A stretch of DNA of 63,690 nucleotides, counting the filler, from Thermodesulfobacteriota bacterium (GTDB lineage: Bacteria > DASVDK01), in NCBI GenBank assembly GCA_036381125.1. It is 6 parts of 6 records of this genome, joined end to end, with 100 filler letters (N's around TTAATTAATTAA, not from the genome) between each part and the next. Parts side by side here need not be neighbours in the genome. Positions count along the whole stretch, not along the records: positions 24,801 to 49,474 come from DASVDK010000274.1; 5 more parts are not named here. One strand, written 5' to 3'. The notes below the pieces were generated by a model, which worked only from the letters and a program-made list of their open reading frames with translations, was not told where the DNA came from and made no database searches. Both the position numbers and the translations under genes were made by a program. Of the stretch, positions 38,541-48,096 are shown piece after piece (position 1 is the stretch's first letter; each line of letters opens with the position of its first letter).

Positions 38541-38697
38541 AACGTTCGACAATATTCAGACCGCCGGTTGGGATGCCCCGCGCGAAGCGGGGGGCTCGTC
38601 ACCTTCGCATGTACGCCTGGGCTCTGTCGGTCGTGTCCATCTCCTCGGTTCCCGGAGTGGTGGCATTTCCGGCACTCTCTTAGTCAGGAGAAGCAGG

Positions 38698-39801
38698 ATG
38701 AGGAGCAAGACCATTCTCGCCCTCGGGGCCAGCGTCGCCGTTGCCGCGCTGGTCGCCCTCGGCGTCGTTGCGACGACGGCGCCTGCGCAGCAACCGATCG
38801 TGCTCAAGATGCAGAGCACCTGGCCGACCCAGGACATCCTCCATACGTCCTTCGAGGACTGGGCGAAGAAGGTCAACGAGATGGCGGGCGGGCGCCTGCG
38901 GGTCGACGTCCTGCCGAACGGCGCCGTCGTCCCGGCGTTCGAGCTGCTCGACGCCGTGAACCGCGGCATCCTCGACGGCGGCCACGGCGTCCCGGCCTAC
39001 TGGTTCGGCAAAAATCGCGCCATGAGCCTCTTCGGGACCGGGCCATCCTTCGGGATGGACGCCGAGGACCTCCTCGCCTGGTACTACTACGGCGGCGGCC
39101 AGGAGATGTACAACGATCTCCTGAAGCAGCTCCGGATGAACGTCGTGTCGTACCTGCACGGCCCGATGCCGACCCAGCCGCTCGGGTGGTTCGCGAAAGA
39201 GGTCAAGACCGCGCAGGACCTGCGCAACGTCAAGTTCCGGACGGTCGGGCTCTCGGCCGACCTCTTCAAGGAGCTCGGCGCCTCGGTCGTCATCCTCCCC
39301 GGCGGCGAGGTCGTCCCGTCGCTCGAGCGGAACGTCATCGACGCGGCCGAGTTCAACAACCCGACGTCGGACATCATCCTCGGCTTCACCGACGTGCGGA
39401 AGGTCTACATGACCCAGAGCTACCACCAGCCGCTCGAGTCGCTCGAGATCCTCATCAACAAGGAGAAACACGACTCGCTCCCGAAGGACCTCCAGGCGAT
39501 CCTCAAGTACGCCACCCTCGCCGAGTCGCAGGACTTCTCGCTGAAGATGATCGATCGCAACAGCAAGGACCTCGTGAAGATCAAGCAGGCCGGCGTCAAG
39601 GTGGTCCCGACGCCGAAGGCCGTCCTCGCGGCGCAGCTCCAGGCCTGGGACAAGGTCATCGAGCGGGAGTCCAAGGCCAACCCCGCCTTCGCGAAGATCC
39701 TCAAGTCCCAGCGTGACTTCGCGGCCCGCGTCGTCCCGCTCAAGCAGGCGATCGCCGTCGACAACTCGGTCGCGTACGAGCACTACTTCAAGGGCCAGTA
39801 A
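38698..39801 (+). CDS. dctP: TRAP transporter substrate-binding protein (DctP/TakP-like)
   Basis: Signal peptide; KMQSTWP, LDGGHGVPAYW, GWFAKE, KFRTVG, IDAAEFNNPTSD. Confidence 0.92.
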   Translation: MRSKTILALGASVAVAALVALGVVATTAPAQQPIVLKMQSTWPTQDILHTSFEDWAKKVNEMAGGRLRVDVLPNGAVVPAFELLDAVNRGILDGGHGVPAYWFGKNRAMSLFGTGPSFGMDAEDLLAWYYYGGGQEMYNDLLKQLRMNVVSYLHGPMPTQPLGWFAKEVKTAQDLRNVKFRTVGLSADLFKELGASVVILPGGEVVPSLERNVIDAAEFNNPTSDIILGFTDVRKVYMTQSYHQPLESLEILINKEKHDSLPKDLQAILKYATLAESQDFSLKMIDRNSKDLVKIKQAGVKVVPTPKAVLAAQLQAWDKVIERESKANPAFAKILKSQRDFAARVVPLKQAIAVDNSVAYEHYFKGQ

Positions 39802-39821
39802 CGCCGCCTCCAGATCCTCGC

Positions 39822-39856
39822 TCCGGGCGTGCCGGCGCGTCGCCGGCATGCCCGGA
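39822..39856 (+). terminator. Intercistronic hairpin after dctP (mRNA stabiliser or partial terminator)
   Basis: 16-bp stem TCCGGGCGTGCCGGCG / CGCCGGCATGCCCGGA with one G-U pair and a 3-nt loop; no U-tract. Confidence 0.55.
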
Positions 39857-39902
39857 CGTGTGTCGGAGGCCTGATGCGGCACGTGGGAGGCGCGGACACG
39901 GC

Positions 39903-40409
39903 GTGAACACCTACGTCAACTTCGTCGACAAGCTGAACGAGATCGTCGGGAAGGCGATCGCGTGGCTGATCCTGCCGCTCGTCTTCTCGCTCGGCTACGA
40001 GGTGGTCGTCCGGTACATCTTCGGGGCGCCGACGACCTGGGCCTTCGACACGAGCTACATCCTCTACGGGACCATGTTCATGCTGGCCGCCCCGTTCACG
40101 CTCTCGGTCGGCGGGCACGTCCGGGGCGACATGCTCTACCGCCTCTGGCCGGTCCGGGTCCAGGCCGCCCTGGACCTCATCCTCTACCTCGCGGTCTTCT
40201 TCCCGCCGATGCTCGCCATGCTCTACATCGGGTGGGACTACGGCTACTACTCGTACTCGATCGGCGAGCGCTCCGCGTCGAGCCCGGGCGGGCCGATCAT
40301 CTGGCCGCTCAAGATGGTCATCCCGATCACGGCGTTCCTCATGCTGCTCCAGGGGGCGGCGCAGGTGATCCGCTGCGTACGGGCGATTCGCCGGGGGAGC
40401 TGGGAATGA
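39903..40409 (+). CDS. dctQ: TRAP transporter small permease
   Basis: YEVVVRYIFGAPTTWA, GHVRGD, four TM helices. Confidence 0.92.
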   Translation: MNTYVNFVDKLNEIVGKAIAWLILPLVFSLGYEVVVRYIFGAPTTWAFDTSYILYGTMFMLAAPFTLSVGGHVRGDMLYRLWPVRVQAALDLILYLAVFFPPMLAMLYIGWDYGYYSYSIGERSASSPGGPIIWPLKMVIPITAFLMLLQGAAQVIRCVRAIRRGSWE

Positions 40410-41725
40410 CCAACCCGCAGCTCGGCGTCCTGATGCTCTGCCTGCTGGTCCCCGCCATCTTCCTCGGCTTCCCCACCGTCTTCACGCTCCTCGCCCTCGG
40501 CTTCTTCTTCGGGTACATGGGTTTCGGCAGCCTGGTGTACGACCTGATGGTCACGCGGGCCTACCAGGTGATGAGCACGGACGTGCTCGTGGCCGTCCCG
40601 CTCTTCATCTTCATGGGCTACGTGCTCGAGCGCTCGGGCGTGCTCGACCGGCTCTTCCGGGCCATTCAGGTCGCCATGGGCCCCGTCCGCGGATCGCTCG
40701 CGCTGGCGACGCTCGCGACGTGCACGATTTTCGCGACGGCCACCGGGATCATCGGCGCGTCGGTGACCCTGATGGGCCTCCTCGCGATGCCGGCCATGAT
40801 GCGGGCCCGGTACGACGTGAAGCTCTCGGCCGGCGTCATCGTCGCGGGCGGCTGCCTCGGCATCCTGATCCCGCCGAGCGTGCTCCTGATCCTCTACGGG
40901 GCAACGGCCGGCGTCTCGGTCGTCCAGCTCTACGCCGCCGCCTTCCTCCCGGGGCTCCTGCTGTCGGCGCTCTACTTCCTCTACGTCTTCACCCGCTGCT
41001 TGATCAAACCGGAGCTCGGACCTCCTCTGCCCAAGTCCGAGCGGGACTACCCGCCGGGCAAGATCATCCTGATGCTGATCACGTCGGTCCTGCCGATCTC
41101 GCTGCTGATCCTCGCGGTCCTCGGGACGATCGTGTTCGGCCTCGCGGCGCCGACGGAAGCGGCCGCGATGGGGGCCATCGGCGCGCTGATCCTGAGCCTT
41201 GCCTACCGGAGCCTCAACTGGCCGACGCTCAAGGCCGCCGTCATCCAGAACGCTCAGACCTCCAGCATGGTGCTCTTCCTGCTCGTCGGGTCGAGCCTCT
41301 TCGCGGCGGTCTTCGCGCGGCTCGGCGGGGCGCAGGTGATCGGCGACTTCCTGCTCGGGCTCGGCCTGTCGGCGGAGGGCTTCCTCTGGCTGACGATGTT
41401 CATCATCTTCCTCCTCGGCTGGCCGCTCGAGTGGACCGAGATCATCATCATCTTCGTCCCGCTCTTCGTGCCGCTCCTCGCGACGTTCCAGATCGACCCG
41501 ATCTGGTACGCGATCCTCGTGGCGCTGAACCTCCAGACGGCGTTCCTCTCGCCGCCGGTGGCGATGGCGGCGTTCTACCTGAAGGGGGTGTCGCCCCCGG
41601 AGGTGACGCTGACGCAGATCTACTGGGGGATGGTGCCGTTCATGATGATCCAGATCCTCGCGCTGGTGCTCGTGTTCTTCTTCCCCGAGATCGCGCTCTG
41701 GCTGCCGCGGCTGGTGTACGGGTAG
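40406..41725 (+). CDS. dctM: TRAP transporter large permease
   Basis: AVPLFIFMG, LGILIPPS, PTEAAA, NLQTAFLSPP. Confidence 0.95.
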   Translation: MTNPQLGVLMLCLLVPAIFLGFPTVFTLLALGFFFGYMGFGSLVYDLMVTRAYQVMSTDVLVAVPLFIFMGYVLERSGVLDRLFRAIQVAMGPVRGSLALATLATCTIFATATGIIGASVTLMGLLAMPAMMRARYDVKLSAGVIVAGGCLGILIPPSVLLILYGATAGVSVVQLYAAAFLPGLLLSALYFLYVFTRCLIKPELGPPLPKSERDYPPGKIILMLITSVLPISLLILAVLGTIVFGLAAPTEAAAMGAIGALILSLAYRSLNWPTLKAAVIQNAQTSSMVLFLLVGSSLFAAVFARLGGAQVIGDFLLGLGLSAEGFLWLTMFIIFLLGWPLEWTEIIIIFVPLFVPLLATFQIDPIWYAILVALNLQTAFLSPPVAMAAFYLKGVSPPEVTLTQIYWGMVPFMMIQILALVLVFFFPEIALWLPRLVYG

Positions 41726-42083
41726 GGTCTGTCGGCAGAGGCCGGTTGCCGGACCTGGCGGAACGCGGCGGCCGGCGGACGCCGCGACGCGGCAGATCGG
41801 GCCTGGTGGTTCGGGGGCCGCGAGCCGCGCCGCCGGCACCGGAGCGTTGAGGCGGGCCCAAGGCCCGGGCGCCGTGACGCCGGTCCCTGGGCGGCATGCC
41901 GGGACAGGAGCCGTACCGTCCCACGCCGAGCGGGGACGGTCGAACGACCTGACGACGTGGCGCGGCGGGAGGCCCCTGCCGGAGCGGCGCTCCGAGGCCG
42001 TGCAGCGACATCCTGGGCAGGGGGTCGCGGTCCGTCCGGAGGGAGGCCCGGCTTCGCCGTCCGATGCGAGCGAGAACGGGGAG

Positions 42084-43049
42084 TCAGAAGGCGAAGTAGA
42101 GGCCGATCCCGAAGGTCTCGATCTTCTGATCGAAGAACTGGCCGTACGGGTTGTAGCCGCGCAGGTACGAGAGGAGGAGGCGCAGCCGCCGCGCGGACCT
42201 CGGGCCCGACCACTCGAGCCCCCCCACGAGGCTTGCCGTCACCGCCCAGTCCTGCTGCTGGAACGCCTTGAAGTCGGCGCCGAGGACCGGCGCGATCCGG
42301 ACGTCGCCGAGCGTCGGGCCGGACAACGGCGAGGGGAACCCGGGCCCCCGAAGCTCCAGGCCCCACTGGGCGCCGAACAGATCGAGCGACGACGGCTCCT
42401 TGTTCACCAGCACGCTGCCGCCGCCGTAGAGGCGCCACCAGCGGCGCTCGACCGACACGAGGGCGTCGATCGCCTCGAAGCTCAGGTTCACCCGCTCGAC
42501 GCCGGGGTTGCCGAGGAGGAACTCGTCGCCGAGGTGGCTGCTCTGGTGGAAGAGGCGCAGCCGCGCCGACCAGAGCCCCCGCCGGAACGAGACCGGGATG
42601 CCGACCAGGTAGTCGGCGTTCAGGAGGTCGGACGACGACTCGTGAAGGTGAAACTGGGCGAAGACCGCCCCGGTGAGCCCCACCTGCACGCCGTCGCAGC
42701 CCTGGCGGCGCAGACCCCAGAGGCCGAAGTACTCCCCGAACCCGACGAATCCCGCGTTGAACGTCTCGCCCGTCGCCCGGCCGTGGAGCCGCTGGTACGC
42801 GGCGTAGAACTGCGGCTGCTTCGGGTCGGCGAGAAGCGGGCGGAAGATGTCGTCGCCCGGGAAGGGGGCCGGGACGAAACGGCCCTCGCCCCGCGAGGCG
42901 GGGCGATCCTCGGTCGTGAGGTAGCGGCAGTCGGCCCGCACGGCGTCGCGATCCGCGAGATCCGGGACGACCGGCTCCCCGGCCGCCCCGGCGCCAGAGG
43001 CGAGGAGACAGGCGGCCGCCAGGAGGAGCGCCGCCGCGGCGCGGCTCAT
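42084..43049 (-). CDS. DUF1207-like putative outer-membrane beta-barrel protein
   Basis: Signal peptide; PLLADPK, NADY, HQSSHLGDEF; ends GIGLYFAF (terminal Phe). Confidence 0.8.
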   Translation of the reverse strand: MSRAAAALLLAAACLLASGAGAAGEPVVPDLADRDAVRADCRYLTTEDRPASRGEGRFVPAPFPGDDIFRPLLADPKQPQFYAAYQRLHGRATGETFNAGFVGFGEYFGLWGLRRQGCDGVQVGLTGAVFAQFHLHESSSDLLNADYLVGIPVSFRRGLWSARLRLFHQSSHLGDEFLLGNPGVERVNLSFEAIDALVSVERRWWRLYGGGSVLVNKEPSSLDLFGAQWGLELRGPGFPSPLSGPTLGDVRIAPVLGADFKAFQQQDWAVTASLVGGLEWSGPRSARRLRLLLSYLRGYNPYGQFFDQKIETFGIGLYFAF

Positions 43050-43432
43050 GCGCCGGCCCCGATCTCCACCGCGTAGCCGTCCGGGTCCTCGACGATCGCG
43101 AAGCGCCCGCCCCAGGGCGCCTCGGTCGGCCCCACGACGAGCCTCCCGCCGGCCTCCACGGCGGCCGCCGCTCGGGCGTCGACGTCGCGCGTGCGGAAGG
43201 TCAGGTAGACGCCCCAGCCGCGCCTCGCCGGCTCCTCCGGAATGCCCCATCGGGGCCGTTCGGCTTCCGGCAGGTCGACGTGCAGCGTGAGGGCCGCGCC
43301 GTCCCACGCGAACCGGACCTCGTGCGCCGAGGCCTTCTCCGGCGCGCGGCCGGCGAGCGCCTCGTAGAAGCGGCGCGAGCGCGCGAGGTCCCGAACGAGG
43401 AGGAAGACCGACCGCAGCGCGGCGCCGCTCAT
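43046..43432 (-). CDS. VOC/glyoxalase family protein
   Basis: LLVRDLARSRRFY..DVD..PWGGRFAIVEDPDGYAVEI. Confidence 0.88.
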   Translation of the reverse strand: MSGAALRSVFLLVRDLARSRRFYEALAGRAPEKASAHEVRFAWDGAALTLHVDLPEAERPRWGIPEEPARRGWGVYLTFRTRDVDARAAAAVEAGGRLVVGPTEAPWGGRFAIVEDPDGYAVEIGAGA

Positions 43433-44034
43433 GACCCCGACCGCTCGCGCGCGCCGAGCCCGCCGGTCCACGGGGTGACCAGCCCGCTCTCGAGACCGAC
43501 GAGCGCGAGCGCCCGGCCGACCGTGTGGTCCACGACGTCGGCGAGGCTCGCGGGACGGGTGTAGAAGGCCGGCACGGGGGGCATCACGATCGCGCCCGCC
43601 TCGGTGGCGGCCAGCATGGCGGCCAGGTGACCGCGGTGGAGCGGCGTCTCGCGCACGAGGAGGACGAGCCGGCGTCGCTCCTTGAGCGTCACGTCCGCCG
43701 CCCGGCCGACGAGGGTGTCGGCGAGGCAATAGGCGATCTGCGACAGCGTGTGGATGGAGCAGGGGGCCACGATCATGCCCGCCGTCGCGAACGACCCGCT
43801 CGCGATCGGCGCCCCGATGTCCTCGGGGCGGTGCACGGCATGGGCGAGCGCCCGGACGTCGCGCGGCGTTCGATCGGTCTCCTCGACGATGGTCCGCTCG
43901 CCCGCCTTGGTGACGACGAGGTGGCTCTCCACGCCGGGCAGGCCGCGGACGACCTCGAGCAGGCGGACGCCGTAGATCGCGCCGGAGGCGCCGGTGATGG
44001 CGACGACGAGTCGCACGGGGGACGCAGCGCTCAT
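43429..44034 (-). CDS. ubiX: Flavin prenyltransferase UbiX
   Basis: ITGASGAIYG, ASGS, APCS, RAADVTLKERRRLVLLVRETP, PPVPAFY. Confidence 0.95.
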   Translation of the reverse strand: MSAASPVRLVVAITGASGAIYGVRLLEVVRGLPGVESHLVVTKAGERTIVEETDRTPRDVRALAHAVHRPEDIGAPIASGSFATAGMIVAPCSIHTLSQIAYCLADTLVGRAADVTLKERRRLVLLVRETPLHRGHLAAMLAATEAGAIVMPPVPAFYTRPASLADVVDHTVGRALALVGLESGLVTPWTGGLGARERSGS

Positions 44035-44083
44035 GGCGCTCAAGCCTACCTCGGAAGCGCGCCGGACGGCATGCCGCGGGCGA

Positions 44084-44136
44084 CGGCGGCAATCCGCCGG
44101 CGGCAATCCGCCGGCGGCGTCGGCACGTCGCTCGCA
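44084..44136 (+). promoter_or_regulatory. 14-bp tandem repeat followed by candidate sigma54 promoter upstream of pfpI
   Basis: (CGGCGGCAATCCGC)x2.5 at 44084-44118; CGGCAC-N5-TCGCA at 44121-44136 (GG-N10-GC). Confidence 0.5.
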
Positions 44137-44182
44137 ACCTCCAGGCGACATCGCGATCACCACGAAAGGGGTACATGCCGAC

Positions 44183-44857
44183 ATGGCCAACGAACTCAAG
44201 GGGCGCAAGGTTGCGATCCTCGCGACGGACGGCGTCGAGCAGGTGGAACTCACCGAGCCGCGCGCGGCGCTCCAGCAGGCAGGCGCCGACACCCATCTCG
44301 TCGCCCCGAAGGGGGGCTCGATCCAGGGCTTCCATCACCTCGACAAGGGCGACGCCTTGCGCGTGGACCGCACGCTCGATCAGGTCGGCGCGGCCGAGTA
44401 CGACGCGCTGCTCCTGCCCGGCGGCGTCGCCAACCCCGACGCGCTCAGGATGGACGAGCGCGCCGTCGCGTTCGTGCGCGACTTCGCCGAGGCCGGCAAG
44501 CCGATCGCGGCGATCTGCCACGCCCCCTGGATGCTCGTCGAGGCCGGCGTCGTGCGGGGGCGCACGCTCACGTCGTGGCCGAGCCTCGAGACCGACATCC
44601 GCAACGCGGGCGGGACCTGGGTCGACGAGGAGGTCCACACCGACCGGGGCCTCGTGACCAGCCGGAAGCCGGCCGACATCCCGGCCTTCAGCCGCAAGAT
44701 GATCGAGGAATTCGCCGAGGGGCGGCACGACCGACGCGCGCGCGCCGGCGAGGCGGCGGGCCAGAAGCGCTACGACGAGGCCGTCGAGGAGTCGTTCCCC
44801 GCGAGCGACGCCCCCTCGACCTCGCCGGTCACGTCCGTCGGCGAGCCCGGCCGCTAG
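44183..44857 (+). CDS. pfpI: DJ-1/PfpI family deglycase/protease with C-terminal extension
   Basis: DGVEQVEL, LPGGVANPD, AAICHAPW, LVTSRKPAD; tail DEAVEESFPASDAPS. Confidence 0.92.
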   Translation: MANELKGRKVAILATDGVEQVELTEPRAALQQAGADTHLVAPKGGSIQGFHHLDKGDALRVDRTLDQVGAAEYDALLLPGGVANPDALRMDERAVAFVRDFAEAGKPIAAICHAPWMLVEAGVVRGRTLTSWPSLETDIRNAGGTWVDEEVHTDRGLVTSRKPADIPAFSRKMIEEFAEGRHDRRARAGEAAGQKRYDEAVEESFPASDAPSTSPVTSVGEPGR

Positions 44858-45821
44858 ACGCTCGCGCCGGGGCCGCCGCGTCGGCGTCGAGCGGCCGCAG
44901 CAGCACGCGGCTCGCGAGCCGCTCGATGTCGTCGCGCCGCCCCGTGCCGAGCCCGCGCCGCGTCACGTTGAGGGCGCCGGCCGCGGCGCCCAGGCGCAGC
45001 GCCGACTCCACGTCGAGCCCCCAGGCCAGCGCGGCGGCGACGGCCGCCGTCATGGCGTCGCCCGGCCCCCTCGGCTCGACCGCCTCGCAGCGCGGCGGCA
45101 CGACCTCGATCACGCGTCCCCCCACCGCGGCGAGCGCCGGCTTGCCGGCCCGCGTGAGGAGCACGTCGCGGGCGCCCCCGTTGCGCAGCCGGCCGATCCC
45201 TCTGACCAGCGCCGCCTCGGACTCCCCGTCGGCGTAGCCCCCCTCGATCACTTCGCGGTGGCTCACCTTGAGGAGGTCGATGCCCCCGGCGAGCGCGCCG
45301 GCGAGCGCGTCGCCGGCGAGGTCGGCGACGACGACGGCGCCGTTGGCCCTGAGGTCCCGGGCCAGTCGCCGGAAGGCGCTCGGGGGGAGCGAGGCGGCGA
45401 GCGCGCCGGAGGCGTGTGCGACGCCGGTCAGCGCCACCACGCCCGCCTCGATCCCGCTCGTCAGGGCGAGCCCGTACAGCTCGTCGAGCTCGTGGCGGCT
45501 GAGCGTCGGGCTCGGGAACTCGAGCATCGGCCGGCGCTGGCCGCCGCGGCGGTCGTGGACGTACGCCCCGTTGGCCCCCTGCATCCCGACCCCCCGCACC
45601 TCGATCCCCTCCGCCTCGACGAGCGCCGGCAGGACTCGCCCCGTCTCTCCACCGAAGGCGGCGCAGAGCACGGTGCGGACCCCCAGCCGTGCGGCCATGC
45701 GCGCGACCCAGAAGCCCTGCCCCCCGGCGTGGACGTGCAGCTCGTCTCCGGAGGCGCCGGCCTCGACCGTCACGGTGAGGAAGGGGATCGGTGCCACTAC
45801 GCACAGCATCTGCTCGCGCAT
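44829..45821 (-). CDS. PfkB / 1-phosphofructokinase family kinase
   Basis: [34 protein letters not shown]. Confidence 0.85.
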   Translation of the reverse strand: MREQMLCVVAPIPFLTVTVEAGASGDELHVHAGGQGFWVARMAARLGVRTVLCAAFGGETGRVLPALVEAEGIEVRGVGMQGANGAYVHDRRGGQRRPMLEFPSPTLSRHELDELYGLALTSGIEAGVVALTGVAHASGALAASLPPSAFRRLARDLRANGAVVVADLAGDALAGALAGGIDLLKVSHREVIEGGYADGESEAALVRGIGRLRNGGARDVLLTRAGKPALAAVGGRVIEVVPPRCEAVEPRGPGDAMTAAVAAALAWGLDVESALRLGAAAGALNVTRRGLGTGRRDDIERLASRVLLRPLDADAAAPARASSGRARRRT

Positions 45822-45971
45822 GCCGGCTGTCGAAGCAACGGTGGTGCCGTCGCGGGCGTGAGCGGCGGCGCCGGGAGGCGCCGCCGAGGCGAGCGGCCGC
45901 ATGGCCGGCCGGGCACTGCCGGCCCGTGGGGCGGGCGCAGGCGCCCGAGACCGGGGCTCAGAGCGGGTCGC

Positions 45972-46007
45972 CTGACCCGTGTATGACGCGTGTCATCAAT
46001 CGTTCAC
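45972..46007. promoter_or_regulatory. Candidate PhoB/OmpR-type boxes (11-bp periodic GTCA-like repeats, both orientations)
   Basis: TGTCAT 45991-45996 and GTTCAC 46002-46007 on plus; GTCAT 45983-45987 and GTCAG 45972-45976 on minus. Confidence 0.4.
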
Positions 46008-46114
46008 GCACGGAGCGGGCGACGTGTCGTACAGACGCCTGGACTGGCGGCTCCGCGCCCCCGCGCGGGTACCGCGGCGAGATCGGTACCGGAGGCCCGA
46101 CTTTCACGCGACCC

Positions 46115-47932
46115 ATGACGACAGCCCTGGTGCCCTTGGGAGACGGGCGCGCCGCGGCCCGCGCCTCGCGAGAGACGAGTCCCGACGCCGCTGCGGTCGA
46201 CACCGCGCGCGCGCTCCTCGTCCCGGTGCCGCCGGTGCGCCCCGACGCCCCGAGCGAGGCGGTCTACGAGCTGTTCGCGTCGGACCCGACGCTGCACGCC
46301 ATCCCGGTCGTCGAGGACGAGCGGCCGGCCGGGCTCGTGGACCGACACCGGCTGCTCGAGCTGTTCGCGCAGCGGTACTCGCGGGAACTCTACGCGCAGC
46401 AGCCGATCGCCGCGTTCATGGACCGCACGCCGATCGTGGTCGACGCCGACACGTCGCTCGACGACCTCTCGCGCATCGTCACCGATACCGACGCGCAGCA
46501 CGCCTACCAGGGGTTCATCGTGACGGTGGGCGGGCGGTACGCCGGCATGGGCACCATCCATCGCCTCATGCGCGAGATCACCGAGCGCAAGCAGGCACAG
46601 CTCTATTACCTGGCGCACCACGACGGGCTCACCGGCCTGCCGAACCGGCAGCTCTTCATCGAGCGGCTGGGGCAGGCGATCGCGCGGGCGGAGGGGACCG
46701 AGCACATCGTCGCGCTCCTCTTCGTCGACCTCGATCGCTTCAAGATGGTGAACGACACGCTCGGCCATCCCGCGGGCGACGCGCTGCTCAGATCGGTGGC
46801 CGACCGGGTGCGCGGCGTCGTGCGCAAGGAGGACACCGTCGCCCGCGTGGGCGGCGACGAGTTCAACGTGGTGCTGACCGGTCTCGAGCAGCCGGCGCAC
46901 GCCGCGGCGGTGGCGCAGCGGATCGTCGACGAGCTGTCGCGGGTGCACGTGATCGACGGCCACGAGCTGTACGTGACCTGCAGCATCGGCATCAGCATCT
47001 ACCCCACCGACGGCGCCGACGTCGACACGCTCATCAAGACCGCCGACGCCGCCCTCTACCACGCCAAGGACCAGCGCAACAACTGCGTCTTCTTCACCGC
47101 CGCGATGGCGGCCGGGCCGCGCGTCCGCCCGGGCTTCGACGTCGCCCTGCGGAAGGCGCTCGAGCGAGACGAGTTCCTGCTCCACTACCAGCCGCGGGTC
47201 GACCTGCGGACCGGGAAGGTGAACGGCATGGAGGCCCTGATCCGCTGGAAGCACCCGGAGATGGGGCTGGTGCCGCCCATGGAGTTCATCCCGCTGGCGG
47301 AGGAGACGGGGCTGATCGTGGCGATCGGCGAGTGGGTCCTGCGGACGGCCTGTGCGCAGGCCCGCGCCTGGCAGGCGGCGGGGCTGCCGGCGCTGCGCGT
47401 CGCGGTGAACCTCTCGGCCCGCCAGGTCCACCGCAAGAACTTCGTCGGCATGGTCGCGCAGGTGCTCGAGGAGACGGGGCTCGATCCGAGCTGCCTCGAA
47501 CTCGAGCTGACCGAGAGCATGATCATGCAGAACACCGACTCGGTCCGCTTCTCGCTCCTCGCCCTGTCCGAGGTCGGCGTGAAGCTCTCCGTCGACGACT
47601 TCGGGACCGGGTACTCGTCGCTCTCCTACCTCAAGCGCTTCCCGATCCACACGCTCAAGATCGACAAGTCGTTCGTCCGCGACGTGACGGTCGACGGCGA
47701 CGACGCCGCCATCGTCACGGCCATCATCGCCATGGCGCACCGGCTCCGGCTGCGCGTCGTGGCCGAGGGGGTGGAGAACGACGGGCAGCTCGAGTTCCTG
47801 CGCCGGTACAACTGCGACGAGATGCAGGGGTATCTCTTCAGCCGCCCCGTCGCGGCCCCCGAGTTCGGCGAGCTGCTCGCGTCCGGGCGTACCCTTGCCC
47901 CCGGCCGCCCGCGCCGCCTCCCGCCCGACTAG
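46115..47932 (+). CDS. CBS-GGDEF-EAL c-di-GMP cyclase/phosphodiesterase
   Basis: N-terminal CBS pair; [10 protein letters not shown], intact [36 protein letters not shown]. Confidence 0.95.
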   Translation: MTTALVPLGDGRAAARASRETSPDAAAVDTARALLVPVPPVRPDAPSEAVYELFASDPTLHAIPVVEDERPAGLVDRHRLLELFAQRYSRELYAQQPIAAFMDRTPIVVDADTSLDDLSRIVTDTDAQHAYQGFIVTVGGRYAGMGTIHRLMREITERKQAQLYYLAHHDGLTGLPNRQLFIERLGQAIARAEGTEHIVALLFVDLDRFKMVNDTLGHPAGDALLRSVADRVRGVVRKEDTVARVGGDEFNVVLTGLEQPAHAAAVAQRIVDELSRVHVIDGHELYVTCSIGISIYPTDGADVDTLIKTADAALYHAKDQRNNCVFFTAAMAAGPRVRPGFDVALRKALERDEFLLHYQPRVDLRTGKVNGMEALIRWKHPEMGLVPPMEFIPLAEETGLIVAIGEWVLRTACAQARAWQAAGLPALRVAVNLSARQVHRKNFVGMVAQVLEETGLDPSCLELELTESMIMQNTDSVRFSLLALSEVGVKLSVDDFGTGYSSLSYLKRFPIHTLKIDKSFVRDVTVDGDDAAIVTAIIAMAHRLRLRVVAEGVENDGQLEFLRRYNCDEMQGYLFSRPVAAPEFGELLASGRTLAPGRPRRLPPD

Positions 47933-48065
47933 CGCGCAGTGCACTGCCGAGACGCGCGACGGCGCCTCTCGACGTGGCAGGAGCCTGGCCCTCGCGGGCT
48001 ACGGCGGGCGCCGTCGGCTCGTCACGGGCTCGAGGGGCTGGCGGCAGGGGCCTGGCCGAGGGGCG

Positions 48066-48089
48066 TGGAAAATGGAAAGACCTGACCCC
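48066..48089 (-). repeat. Single GGGGTCAGGTCTTTCCATTTTCCA repeat
   Basis: Reverse complement TGGAAAATGGAAAGACCTGACCCC on plus strand, between convergent genes. Confidence 0.9.
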
Positions 48090-48096
48090 ATGGACA

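Noticed and set aside
41726-42083. 358-bp gap between convergent dctM and DUF1207 as an ncRNA or riboswitch
   Set aside because: No recognisable conserved RNA motif; GC-rich pairing is expected by chance.
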